DNA of 43,343 nt from Candidatus Parcubacteria bacterium (GCA_026395595.1 JAPLYL010000001.1:72174-115516); one strand, 5' to 3'; shown: positions 26,826 through 36,536, counted from the stretch's first letter. The notes: a model not told the origin generated them from the letters alone. A program made the numbers and translations.

Positions 26826-27887
26826 TCAATATAATAGCATACCGTCGCCGAAAGAGAAAAAACGGAAATCTTTTTGCATCGCTTCTTGATAGAGTTCAAA
26901 AAGTTTTTCACGACCGACAAAAGCCGAAACCAGCATAAGGAGCGAAGACTTCGGCACATGAAAATTTGTAATCATGCCGTCAATAAATTTGAACTTGTCG
27001 CCCGGGCGAATAAATAACCGTGTTTCCCCTGAATTACACAGGACTACCCTGTGTACACAGGGTAGTCCTGTGTAATTGTTTTGTGCCCATTGTTCAAGTG
27101 TCCGTACCGTCGTTGTACCGACGGCAATTATCGGCCGGTCTTCTTTTTTGGCTTTTATCAGCGCCTTTGCGGTCTTTTCCGGAATTTCATACCATTCTTT
27201 ATGAAGCTTTCCTGTTTTCAGCGCTTCTTCCGTAAGCGGAGCGAACGTTCCAAGATTGACGTGAAGCGTCACAAATTCAATTTGAATTCCCCGCTTTTTT
27301 AATTTTGCCAGCAAACGATTCGTAAAATGAAGTGAAGCGGTCGGCGCGGCAACAGAACCGGTATTCTTCGCAAACACGGTCTGATATTTTTCGCGCAATT
27401 GCGTTTCTGAAAGTTTCGTATTTTTTATATACGGCGGTATCGGGGTTTCCCCATATTTCATAAAAATTTTCTGAACATCTTTTATCAGGAACGACGGCTT
27501 CAACGTATAAATTTTATCTTCTTTTCCAAGCGCTTCAAAAAAGACCTTATCCGTCAAAAAAACTTTTTCGCCGACTTCCAAAAAATGATTTGTAATTGCC
27601 AAAATGTTTCCCTCTTTTTCTCCCACATAAAAAACTTCCACTTTCCCTCCCGTCTTTTTCTTCACATGCAACCGCGCCGGAAAAACTTTCGTATCATTCA
27701 ATACCAAAATCGCGCCTTTCGGAAGATATTTCCCGATGTTCGCAAACGTATCAAAAAACCGCTCGCCCGTTTCGCGATTATAAACAAGCAACTTTGCCGA
27801 ATCCCGTGGCGAAGCCGGCTCAGCAGCAATAAGCGCCGAGTCAAATTCATAATCGTATTCAGCTAATGTTTCTTCAAGGGATTTCAT
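26826..27887 (-). CDS. queA: S-adenosylmethionine:tRNA ribosyltransferase-isomerase
   Basis: NDTKVFPARL, PPYI, YQTVFA, GSVAAPTASLHF, TNFHVPKSSL, FRFFSFGDGML. Confidence 0.96.
   Translation of the reverse strand: MKSLEETLAEYDYEFDSALIAAEPASPRDSAKLLVYNRETGERFFDTFANIGKYLPKGAILVLNDTKVFPARLHVKKKTGGKVEVFYVGEKEGNILAITNHFLEVGEKVFLTDKVFFEALGKEDKIYTLKPSFLIKDVQKIFMKYGETPIPPYIKNTKLSETQLREKYQTVFAKNTGSVAAPTASLHFTNRLLAKLKKRGIQIEFVTLHVNLGTFAPLTEEALKTGKLHKEWYEIPEKTAKALIKAKKEDRPIIAVGTTTVRTLEQWAQNNYTGLPCVHRVVLCNSGETRLFIRPGDKFKFIDGMITNFHVPKSSLLMLVSAFVGREKLFELYQEAMQKDFRFFSFGDGMLLY
27032..27077. repeat. 46-bp perfect palindrome inside queA
   Basis: AATTACACAGGACTACCCTGTGT|ACACAGGGTAGTCCTGTGTAATT; peptide NYTGLPCVHRVVLCN is read on both strands. 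Confidence 0.9.
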
Positions 27888-27926
27888 GTTTTTTACACAA
27901 TATAACGGTATTACACTTCTGACAAC

Positions 27927-27955
27927 TTGACATTTACTTATTTTTTGTATATAAT
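27927..27955 (+). promoter_or_regulatory. Consensus sigma70 promoter
   Basis: TTGACA-17 nt-TATAAT. Confidence 0.75.
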
Positions 27956-27994
27956 TCGTTGTGGTTTTCAATTGTTTTTTAACAGGAGGATATT

Positions 27995-28360
27995 ATGTCC
28001 GACAAAATAGTTCCGCAAGAGAAAACATTCTGCTGGTTATTTGAAGAAACGGGAAAGGAATATCCTATGATCAGCCGTGTCTATTTATGGGAAAAAAATA
28101 TCGGGATCTCCCGTGTGTTAAGAGGAAATCTCAAAAATATGAACCCTCACCACACGATAGGATCTGGTTATGATCCCGATCTCTTTGATGCAGAACCAAC
28201 AGATGAAGATATAGCGGCATATGTCGCAAACTATGGCAAAGAACCATGTAATCCGGAAACAGGAAAGCCGTGGTCAGTCTATTTTGAAGTGGTCTCGACA
28301 GACAACCTTAAGACAGACGAAGAAGCATTATCTTTTTTGTTTATATCTCAAAAGCTTTAA
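27995..28360 (+). CDS. Hypothetical protein
   Basis: AGGAGG SD, consensus promoter, terminator-like hairpin at about 28380-28415. Confidence 0.78.
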   Translation: MSDKIVPQEKTFCWLFEETGKEYPMISRVYLWEKNIGISRVLRGNLKNMNPHHTIGSGYDPDLFDAEPTDEDIAAYVANYGKEPCNPETGKPWSVYFEVVSTDNLKTDEEALSFLFISQKL

Positions 28361-28413
28361 GGCAACAGGGGTAGAAACCAAAACCCGACTTACCAAAAGT
28401 AAGCCGGGTTTTT

Positions 28414-29550
28414 TTATATTAATCCTTTTTTAATCTTCTCCCGAAACTCCTTTGCCAAATTATTCAGATAATAAAGATTATGAAAAGTCACCAAGTGCAT
28501 ACCGGTATATTCTCCGGCGCGGTAGAGGTGGGCGAGGTACGACCGGGTGTAATTTTTACAGACGTAACAGCTGCATTTCGGATCAAGGGGCTTTTTCTCT
28601 TTGAGTAAGCTCGTCTTTTTCATGTAGATTCTTCCGCCGCTCGTGAAGGCAGTGCCATGTCTCGCGTAGTGGGTCGGGGCGATGCAGTCAAAGGTGTCTA
28701 CTCCGGCGCGGATCATGTATTCAAAATCTTCCGGATGCCCGACACCGAGGAGATGTCTGGGTTTTTCTTCCGGCAATTCTCCAAGAGTGCTTCGCAGCAT
28801 TTTTTCCATGTCTTCTTTTTCGTAGCCGAATTCTCCGCCGATAGCGAAACCGTCAAAAGGCATGGCGCCAATCGTATGGGCGCATTCTTTTCTCAAGTCT
28901 TCCCACTTTCCGCCTTGGACGATTCCATACATAGCCTGTTTTTTGTTTTTCTTTGCGTCCAAACATATCTTCGCCCAGCGATGCGTTCTTGCGATGGAAG
29001 TTTTCATGTACTCGTAATCCGCGAGCGGCGACGGACACTCGTCAAAAGCGAGGATAATATCCGCGCCGATTTTTTCTTGTATCGCGATGGATTCCTTCGG
29101 GCCGAGAAACAATTTCGCGCCGTCAACCGGAGAGCGGAACTCCACGCCTTTTTCCGTGATTTTGATTTTTTGCGGTTGCATGCCCTCTTCAATCGTTCGT
29201 TCTTCTCCTTTCTTCAAAATTTTCCCCACGCCGTGATCCGTTCCGAAGCCAAGCGAAAAAACTTGAAACCCGCCGGAATCGGTCATCATCGGACGTTTCC
29301 ATCCCATGAATTTGTGAACCCCGCCGTGTCCTTTCACCAATGTTTCTCCTGGTCGCAAATGCAGATGAAACGTGTTGGAAATAAGCATCTGAGTGCCCGT
29401 TCTTTCCACGTCTTCGGTTGAGAGCGTTTTGATGGTCGCCTTCGTTGCCACACCGACAAAACAAGGTGTTTCTACCACCCCGTTTGCCGTTTTGAGCAAC
29501 CCTAAACGCGCCTTTGATTTCTTTGATTTTTTAAGTATTTCGAATTCCAT
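28414..29550 (-). CDS. tgt: tRNA-guanine transglycosylase
   Basis: NTFHL, TDSGGFQVFSL, FDEC, GIVQGG, GVDTFDC, CSCYVC..H zinc site. Confidence 0.96.
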   Translation of the reverse strand: MEFEILKKSKKSKARLGLLKTANGVVETPCFVGVATKATIKTLSTEDVERTGTQMLISNTFHLHLRPGETLVKGHGGVHKFMGWKRPMMTDSGGFQVFSLGFGTDHGVGKILKKGEERTIEEGMQPQKIKITEKGVEFRSPVDGAKLFLGPKESIAIQEKIGADIILAFDECPSPLADYEYMKTSIARTHRWAKICLDAKKNKKQAMYGIVQGGKWEDLRKECAHTIGAMPFDGFAIGGEFGYEKEDMEKMLRSTLGELPEEKPRHLLGVGHPEDFEYMIRAGVDTFDCIAPTHYARHGTAFTSGGRIYMKKTSLLKEKKPLDPKCSCYVCKNYTRSYLAHLYRAGEYTGMHLVTFHNLYYLNNLAKEFREKIKKGLI

Positions 29551-29649
29551 TTCTAGACATTACACTACTTTTGTGGTTTTGTGAATGTTGACAATAAACA
29601 TACTTCGTGATAAATTAACGACGGAATAAACGAACAACAGGATCAAGAA

Positions 29650-29949
29650 ATGAAATTCCAATTTGGTATAGAAGTAAATGACCTTCCTGATTTTCTGGAT
29701 GGCAAAGCAGTAACCCTGCACGGGTATTGCGAAGATAAGAAAATAATCAGGGTTGAGCTTGACGACAGCGAAGTCGTCATCACCCGCAAACAAATTCGTG
29801 ATTCGTTTTTTGGAACATTGATAGCATTAAAGGAAGCAAAACCTCAATGGGAAAAACACCATTTTTCGGAAATAAAAAAACCTCCGAATAAGATAAGATT
29901 CCCAAAAACTGAAACGCCTTGCTTTATCGGCATGGAAGATGATGAATAA
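29650..29949 (+). CDS. Hypothetical protein, overlapping the start of the menA-like gene
   Basis: TTGACA promoter near 29588, AGGA SD, stop overlaps next start. Confidence 0.65.
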   Translation: MKFQFGIEVNDLPDFLDGKAVTLHGYCEDKKIIRVELDDSEVVITRKQIRDSFFGTLIALKEAKPQWEKHHFSEIKKPPNKIRFPKTETPCFIGMEDDE

Positions 29950-30850
29950 TATAAAAGTATTTTTTCAAAGTCTCAGGGTCTCCTTCGTTTCGGTTACCCT
30001 CTCAGGGGTTTTACTCGGCACCGCGACGGCTTTCTTTGTAACAAGAAGAATGGAACTGATTCCTTTTCTGGTCGTTGCTTTCGTAGCGGTAACCGGACAC
30101 GTCTCGGCAAATCTTTTCAATGATTATTTTGATCACCGTTCAGGAAACGACGTGATAAACAAAAACATCACCCCTCTTTCCGGAGGAAGTCGCGCCATCC
30201 AAGAAGGCGGACTGAGCGATTCAAAAGTATTGCTTTCCGCTTGTTTGTTTCTGGTATTAAGCGTGTTTGCAGGGTGCTGGTTCGTTTACGCGAAACAAGA
30301 TATGGATCTTGCCTATTTCGGATTAGCCGGACTGGTTCTGGGCTACGCGTATACCGCTCCCCCGTTCAAACTCGTCTATCGCGGACTCGGCGAACTGACC
30401 ATTATTATCACCTTCGGTCTATTCATCGTCGGCGGAGCCTATCTTGCGCAGACGGGAAATATCACCAATTCGGCGATAGTAACATCTTTACCGGCAGGAC
30501 TATTAACGGCGGTTATTCTTATCGTGAACGGATTTCCGGATCGCGTTGCGGATGAAACTTCCGGAAAAAGAACATTCATTGTCCTCTACGGAAAAGAAGT
30601 AACTATTCTTCTGATAAAAAAATTTGTTCTGCTTTCTTACGCGATAACCCTCGGCGGCGTACTGTCTGGCATTTTGCCTTTCGGAGCACTCGCCTGTCTG
30701 GTATCTCTTCCGATAGCCGTTCAATTTCTCAAAAAAGTTGACCGTATTGAAGAAGATTTTTTACCGGCCGGGATTGCCGCGATTGCCCTGCAGACAACAT
30801 TCGTTCTTTCAACCGCCTTCGGAATCGCCATAAGCGTTTTCCCTGTATAA
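29939..30850 (+). CDS. menA: MenA/UbiA-family prenyltransferase (1,4-dihydroxy-2-naphthoate polyprenyltransferase-like)
   Basis: NLFNDYFD..SGND, YTAPPFKLVYRGLGE, NGFPDRVADETSGKRT. Confidence 0.85.
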   Translation: MMNNIKVFFQSLRVSFVSVTLSGVLLGTATAFFVTRRMELIPFLVVAFVAVTGHVSANLFNDYFDHRSGNDVINKNITPLSGGSRAIQEGGLSDSKVLLSACLFLVLSVFAGCWFVYAKQDMDLAYFGLAGLVLGYAYTAPPFKLVYRGLGELTIIITFGLFIVGGAYLAQTGNITNSAIVTSLPAGLLTAVILIVNGFPDRVADETSGKRTFIVLYGKEVTILLIKKFVLLSYAITLGGVLSGILPFGALACLVSLPIAVQFLKKVDRIEEDFLPAGIAAIALQTTFVLSTAFGIAISVFPV

Positions 30851-30892
30851 AAAACACCCCGTCTCATTTAGTGAGACGGGGATTTTTATATA

Positions 30893-31147
30893 TTAATAGC
30901 GGTAAAGATAATCATCATCCGATAATTCTCCTTTATAATAACGACACCATTTTGAACCTTTTCGGTGCGGAAAATGATAGCCGTCGCAAAGGCATTTTGC
31001 TTTTTTATTTTCTTTCTTTTTTCGGTACCAGTCTACGCGATATTCGCCTCCACAAGAACATTTTTTCGGTTTAGGGTAAGAATCGGGGTGGAAATGAAAA
31101 GTTTTTCTCGTCCCGCATTTTTTGCATCGGCAAGGAAATCTTTTCAT
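30893..31147 (-). CDS. Small basic Cys/His-rich (zinc-binding) protein, phage-like
   Basis: CRCKKC, CSCGG, CLCDGYHFPHRKGSKWC; AAGGAGG SD. Confidence 0.75.
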   Translation of the reverse strand: MKRFPCRCKKCGTRKTFHFHPDSYPKPKKCSCGGEYRVDWYRKKKENKKAKCLCDGYHFPHRKGSKWCRYYKGELSDDDYLYRY

Positions 31148-31188
31148 TCTGCGCCTCCTTTGAAAAATCTCGGTTCAGTATACCAGAA

Positions 31189-32103
31189 CTAATCGGCGAT
31201 ACCAAATATCTTTTTGAGTTCCGCGATACCTTCTTCAAAAGAGACCTCGGGTTCCCAGCCAAGCAATTGTTTAGCCAAAGAATTATCCGCCAGCGTATCA
31301 TGCGGTTCCAAACGAGGGGCGATGTGTTCCACCGGACCCCCGATTGTTTTTGCCAGATGATTAATGGTATGATTTTTTCCCGAACCGATATTGATGATTT
31401 CTCCTTTTCCCACTGTCTCGCTTTCAGCTGCGAGGATATTCGCGCGAACCACGTCGCGGACATGGGTCATATCGCGAGTCTGAGTACCATCGCCGGTAAT
31501 CGTAATCGGTTTGCCTTCTTTTCTGAGACGCAGAAATAACCCGACAGCAAGAGCGTAGGCTCCGTTCGGATCAAGCTTTGGACCGAAGACATTAAAATAC
31601 CGAAGAGAAACCGTCGGAAGCCCATATACGTCACTCCAAAGTTTACAGTACATTTCGCCGATACACTTGTGCAGACCGTACGGGCTTTTCGGGTTGACCG
31701 GCATCTCTTCGTGAAGGGGCATGACATCTTGATCCCCATAAGCAGCGCTTGATGCGGAAAAAATAACTTTTGAAACGCCTGCGTCATGCGCCGCTTTAAG
31801 CACATTAAGGGTTCCGTTCACATTTACATCATTCGTTTCAATCGGATGTTCAATGGAGAATTGCACGCGAGGAAGAGCCGCGAGATGAAAAACGTATTTT
31901 GCTCCTTCCATCGCTTCCTTCATATCTTCCAGATTGCGAATGTCTTTCTCGTAAAAGTGAGCTCTCGGATCCACATTTTCGCGTTTCCCTCCAACAAGGT
32001 TATCTATGGCATGAACTTCATATCCTTTTTCAAGAAGAGCCTCCGTCAGATTTGACCCGATAAAACCAGCTCCGCCGGTGACTACTACTTTTTCGTTTTT
32101 CAT
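31189..32103 (-). CDS. NAD-dependent nucleotide-sugar epimerase/dehydratase
   Basis: VTGGAGFIGS, SSAAYG, YGLHK, LRYFNVFGP, GDGTQTRD. Confidence 0.93.
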   Translation of the reverse strand: MKNEKVVVTGGAGFIGSNLTEALLEKGYEVHAIDNLVGGKRENVDPRAHFYEKDIRNLEDMKEAMEGAKYVFHLAALPRVQFSIEHPIETNDVNVNGTLNVLKAAHDAGVSKVIFSASSAAYGDQDVMPLHEEMPVNPKSPYGLHKCIGEMYCKLWSDVYGLPTVSLRYFNVFGPKLDPNGAYALAVGLFLRLRKEGKPITITGDGTQTRDMTHVRDVVRANILAAESETVGKGEIINIGSGKNHTINHLAKTIGGPVEHIAPRLEPHDTLADNSLAKQLLGWEPEVSFEEGIAELKKIFGIAD

Positions 32104-32166
32104 TTTTTTATTTTGGAAATTATTTATTTTCCTGATAGGTATAACTTTTTCTACGGCAAAAAGTTG

Positions 32167-33510
32167 CTATTTTCCACTTCTTGAAAGGATTGTTCGTATT
32201 GTCAGAAGAGTAATCTTGATATCCAGCATAATTGACCGATTCTTTATATAGTAAAGATCATAGGAAAGTTTGTTTTTTGTTTCTTCTACATCAATGCCGT
32301 GATGAGGATGATTTTCGTGATAGATTTGCGCCCAACCGGAAAGTCCCGGCTTGATAAGATGACGAACATTATAGTACGGAACTTCCGCGACATATTGTTT
32401 TACCGGATCAGGAAATTCCGGACGAGGGCCGATTAATGAGATGCTTCCGCCGAGCACATTCCAAAGCTGGGGCAATTCATCTATACGGGTTTTTCTCAAA
32501 AATTCCCCTACGCGAGTAACTCGGTTCTCCTCTTCGCCCCACACGCCGGCGTCATCTCTGGTCATTGTGCGAAACTTCAAAAGGTGAATAATTCTATTCC
32601 CTTTTCCGACACGATCTTGATGACTGAAAATTTTTCCGCCTCCGTCCATCTTAATTGCTGTAAAAACAAAAGGATAAAAAAGGAAAGAAACGACGAGTGC
32701 TGCCAGCGATACGGCCATATCCATGAGACGCTTCAGCGTATCATATACGGGGTGCGAAGAAGAAGAAACGTTTTGCAAAAACCAGTCATACCGAAGGAGA
32801 GAAAGAGGGACCCGATCAAAAATATCTTCATAGACTTTGTGCATGTCTACGAAACTTACATTCGCAAAGATAAGATTATAGAGACGAGGAAGAAGCGGTT
32901 CAATCTTCGCGCTCTTGGAATCTACGACAATTACCGAAATGCCGTGTTCAAAAACCGGACGAACGAGATCGTCTTCCACATCAAATTCATCTTTCCCGAT
33001 ATCAAGGAAACCGACAAAAGATAAAGAGTATCGCGGATTATTATTCACCTCTTCATACAACTCCCGCACTTCTTTCCCCGTTCCGATAAGAAATGCTTTT
33101 TGCTTTTTCCGAAAACCGAGATAAGAAACGATCTTAACTCTCCAGATTAAAATAAAGACAAAAGAAATGACAAGATACACGAACAACAATACCTTGGGAG
33201 TAATAACCAATGCAGGGATAAAATAGAAAAAGATAACCGCGAGAACGCTATTGATTATTTGAGTGTTGAGAAGCAACGTCGGCAATCGACTTTTAAAAAG
33301 AAGAGTGTGTTTTCCATATAATCCGGCAGAGAAAAAACTGATTCCCCAAGCGGCAAAAATGAAGGAAAAAGGCAAAAGATGGTGATAGAATAGCTGCCCG
33401 GTCGGCATCTGAAGGTAACGGGCAAAAAGCGCCAGCCATAATGAAACGACAAAAACGAAAATGTCGCCCAAAAAGAGCAAAAGCCCTTCTTTCTTGTTAT
33501 AAATAGTCAT
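32167..33510 (-). CDS. Polyprenyl glycosylphosphotransferase (WcaJ/WbaP family)
   Basis: KRLMD, KFRTM, LRKTRIDELPQLWNVL, IGPRPE, KPGLSGWAQ, YDLYYI. Confidence 0.93.
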   Translation of the reverse strand: MTIYNKKEGLLLFLGDIFVFVVSLWLALFARYLQMPTGQLFYHHLLPFSFIFAAWGISFFSAGLYGKHTLLFKSRLPTLLLNTQIINSVLAVIFFYFIPALVITPKVLLFVYLVISFVFILIWRVKIVSYLGFRKKQKAFLIGTGKEVRELYEEVNNNPRYSLSFVGFLDIGKDEFDVEDDLVRPVFEHGISVIVVDSKSAKIEPLLPRLYNLIFANVSFVDMHKVYEDIFDRVPLSLLRYDWFLQNVSSSSHPVYDTLKRLMDMAVSLAALVVSFLFYPFVFTAIKMDGGGKIFSHQDRVGKGNRIIHLLKFRTMTRDDAGVWGEEENRVTRVGEFLRKTRIDELPQLWNVLGGSISLIGPRPEFPDPVKQYVAEVPYYNVRHLIKPGLSGWAQIYHENHPHHGIDVEETKNKLSYDLYYIKNRSIMLDIKITLLTIRTILSRSGK

Positions 33511-33562
33511 AATATATAGTATAATGTAAAATGTTGATTTGTTAAATAGTCAACCCGCCATT

Positions 33563-34714
33563 ATGGAACAAAAAACCGATAAAAAGAAAATACTGTACGT
33601 CATCACCAAATCCAATTGGGGAGGTGCTCAACGCTACGTTTTTAATCTCGCAACAAACTTTGCCGAAAAATATGACGTATCCGTGGCTCTTGGAGGCGAC
33701 GGCGAGCTGAAAACAAAACTGCAAAATGCGGGGATTCGCACTATCTCGCTTCCCTTTCTCAGAAGAGACTTTAACCCTTTTACCGATATTCTCGCCTTCA
33801 AAAAGATTGTGTCCCTTTTCAAAGAAGAAAAGCCGGATATCATACACGTCAACAGTTCAAAGATAGGAGGCCTTGGTGCGCTTGCCGGGCGCATCGCCAA
33901 GGTTCCAAAAATTATTTTCACCGCGCATGGATGGGCGTTCCGCGAAGAGAGGCCGGCATATCAAAAAATCATTATTAAGTTCTTATCGTGGCTCACCATT
34001 CTCTTGTCTCATTCCGTCATTACTGTTTCTGAAAGAGACGAGAGAGAAGGACTTGCTATGCCTTTTTCAAAAGGAAAAATTACCCTTGTCCGCAACGGTA
34101 TGGAAAAACCGGAATTTCTTTCCAAGGAAAAAGCGCGCGAAGCGATTTTAGAACAACAAGATTTGTCCCGCGAAAAAATAAAAAACGATGCGCTTTGGAT
34201 TGGAACTATCGGTGAATTGCATAAAAACAAAGGACATATGTATGCCGTGGAAGCTTTTTCAAAACTTCCAAAAAATATGAATGTTCTCTTCTTTATCATA
34301 GGAGAAGGAGAAGAAAAAAAAGCGCTCCAGCAAAAGATTAAAAAATCCGGACTTGAGGAAAAAATCTTTCTTCTTGGAAAAAGAGGTGACGCATCGCGTC
34401 TTCTCGGCGCTTTTGATGTATTTCTTTTTCCTTCCGTCAAAGAAGGGCTCCCTTTTGCTATTTTGGAGGCCGGCTCAGCAGGACTTCCAACCATTGCGTC
34501 GGCAGTCGGAGGAATTCCCGAAGTGATTACCGATATGGAAACGGGGATTCTCATCAGACCCAAAAATACCGACGAAATAATCCGCGCGATAGATTATGTC
34601 CTCAATCATCCGACCAAGACAAAAGACTTCGGGAAAAAACTGCAGGGTGTCATCAAAAAAGATTTTTCTCTTAAAAAAATGCTCGCGGAAACCGTAGCGG
34701 TATATAAAGAATAA
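33563..34714 (+). CDS. GT4 family glycosyltransferase
   Basis: GGAQRY, FTAHG, KNKG, PSVKEGLPFAILEA, VGGIPEVI. Confidence 0.93.
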   Translation: MEQKTDKKKILYVITKSNWGGAQRYVFNLATNFAEKYDVSVALGGDGELKTKLQNAGIRTISLPFLRRDFNPFTDILAFKKIVSLFKEEKPDIIHVNSSKIGGLGALAGRIAKVPKIIFTAHGWAFREERPAYQKIIIKFLSWLTILLSHSVITVSERDEREGLAMPFSKGKITLVRNGMEKPEFLSKEKAREAILEQQDLSREKIKNDALWIGTIGELHKNKGHMYAVEAFSKLPKNMNVLFFIIGEGEEKKALQQKIKKSGLEEKIFLLGKRGDASRLLGAFDVFLFPSVKEGLPFAILEAGSAGLPTIASAVGGIPEVITDMETGILIRPKNTDEIIRAIDYVLNHPTKTKDFGKKLQGVIKKDFSLKKMLAETVAVYKE

Positions 34715-34757
34715 GCAAAGATAAAACCCGCGCCGAAGTCTCGGCGCAGGTTTGTTT

Positions 34758-35162
34758 TTAATTCGCTTTTTTCTTGGGGACAACGGGAGCAAGGATCATA
34801 TTGATGAGATAGGTAATCTCTTTCAAATCTTCGGTTTTGTCGGCAAGCTCAGTAGGAACAAAAGCAACGTAATCTACTTGTCTTGGAAAAGAACGAAGAA
34901 ATTCTGCGTTGATATCGCCGTTGTAGTGCAGGCCATTATATTTTTCATGAGTATGGCCTTCAATATACAAGTATCCTTCATAACCGATTCCGTCGCTTCT
35001 CATGCGATAGATCCCGACAGTATCAGCGAGGCATCCTTGTCCCGGAGTTTTTCCGACCGCCATAACCGTCTTTCCTCCGCCGTCTTCCGCTAAAGCCAAA
35101 AACAGCCGTTCTTGGGGTGTTCCGGGAATACGGTCTTCCCCTATTCGTGTAATAAGTAACAT
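34758..35162 (-). CDS. Hypothetical protein
   Basis: ORF with AAGGAG SD before ATG 35162. Confidence 0.6.
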   Translation of the reverse strand: MLLITRIGEDRIPGTPQERLFLALAEDGGGKTVMAVGKTPGQGCLADTVGIYRMRSDGIGYEGYLYIEGHTHEKYNGLHYNGDINAEFLRSFPRQVDYVAFVPTELADKTEDLKEITYLINMILAPVVPKKKAN

Positions 35163-35291
35163 GATTTTTACTCCTTCAAGTAATTCAATTTCCAAAGAGG
35201 ATTATATCACGTTTTACAAAAAAAGCAATACTAATCTCCGTTTCTGTTCATACCCTTAATCGTCATAAACATCTCAAGTCTGCCGCTCCAC

Positions 35292-35352
35292 CAAGGACTA
35301 CCCTTCCCCCGTCGCTCCGCTTCGCTGCGTTCCTCCTTAAGGGTAGTCCTTG
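35292..35352. repeat. Intergenic AGG-N5-CCT doublet (REPIN-like)
   Basis: CAAGGACTACCCTT-33 nt-AAGGGTAGTCCTTG; core AGGACTACCCT identical to the queA insert. Confidence 0.75.
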
Positions 35353-35405
35353 TTTCCGCTATTTTTGCTGTAAAAATATGAGAAATTTTAAGGCGAGAAA
35401 AGTTA

Positions 35406-36536
35406 CTAACCCACTCCGAGAAATTCATGGCGTAAATCATCGCGATGAGCCGCGCGGTTGTATCTTCTCATTCCCATGAGAATTCCCAAACCGGTAAATT
35501 CAGTCAGCAAGTGCGAACCGCCGTAACTCATGAAAGGTATCGTGATTCCCGTTACAGGCAAAAGTCCGATATTCATTCCGACGTTGACTACGAAATGGCT
35601 GATAAAATAGATGGCAAGACCCATACCAAAAAGTATTTCAAAATTCGTTTCCCCCAGAAGCGCATTATGTAAAATTCGCCAGATGAGAATAGCAAAAAAG
35701 AGAAAAAGCAACACTACTCCCATGAACCCCCACTCTTCCGAAAAAGCAGCAAAGATAAAGTCGGTCTGATATTCGGGAAGGAAATTCAAACGAGATTGTG
35801 TCCCATATCCGACACCTTTGCCGAAAATTCCGCCCGAACCGATAGCAATCGTGGATTGGAAAGAATTGTATCCCGCGCCGCGGATATCGGCAAGAGGATG
35901 AATGAAAGTCATAATGCGCTGTTTTTGATACGGTTCAAAAACAAAATTCCAAAGGCCGCCGAAAGAAATGACGCCAAGCGTAAAAACCAGAATGATGTGT
36001 TTTTTTGAAATGCCGGAAACAAAAACCATTCCAAGCCAGATAAAAAGAAAAATGATGGCGGAACCGAAGTCCGGCTGAGCGGCGACAAGAACAAAAGGGA
36101 TAAAAGCATAAATTCCCGATACAATAATATGCCGGATATTCGCAATCTCAATATGTCGCCGGGAAAAGTATTTCGTGAGGACTAGAATGATAACCAGTTT
36201 CATAACATCGGCCGGCTGAAAAGCGGCGAAACCGACATTGAACCAGCTCTGCGCCCCTTTATAGACGCTCCCTACCGCAGCAAGAACAAGAAGTACGAAG
36301 CATCCGCTCAAGAACAAAGTAACAATAACCCATGTTCGTCGGAGAAACCGAAAATCAATAAAACTCAAACCAAAAAAAACGGCGGAGGAAATCGCAATCC
36401 ACGTAAGCTGTCTCATGGCAAAATTCCCCTTCCCTCCGAACGAACCCATGGTAATAACCCCGGCAAAAAGTATCGGGAAAGTGGAGAAAAAAAGTATCCA
36501 ATCAATGTGGAAGGTTCGTTTCAGGTGAGTAAACAT
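35406..36536 (-). CDS. rodA: SEDS peptidoglycan glycosyltransferase (RodA)
   Basis: GAQSW, FQPAD, QPDFG, YQKQRI, FLPEYQTDFIF, PVTGITIPFMSYGGS. Confidence 0.9.
   Translation of the reverse strand: MFTHLKRTFHIDWILFFSTFPILFAGVITMGSFGGKGNFAMRQLTWIAISSAVFFGLSFIDFRFLRRTWVIVTLFLSGCFVLLVLAAVGSVYKGAQSWFNVGFAAFQPADVMKLVIILVLTKYFSRRHIEIANIRHIIVSGIYAFIPFVLVAAQPDFGSAIIFLFIWLGMVFVSGISKKHIILVFTLGVISFGGLWNFVFEPYQKQRIMTFIHPLADIRGAGYNSFQSTIAIGSGGIFGKGVGYGTQSRLNFLPEYQTDFIFAAFSEEWGFMGVVLLFLFFAILIWRILHNALLGETNFEILFGMGLAIYFISHFVVNVGMNIGLLPVTGITIPFMSYGGSHLLTEFTGLGILMGMRRYNRAAHRDDLRHEFLGVG

Noticed and set aside
27020-27235. + strand ORF sharing a peptide with QueA
   Set aside because: Artefact of the perfect DNA palindrome.
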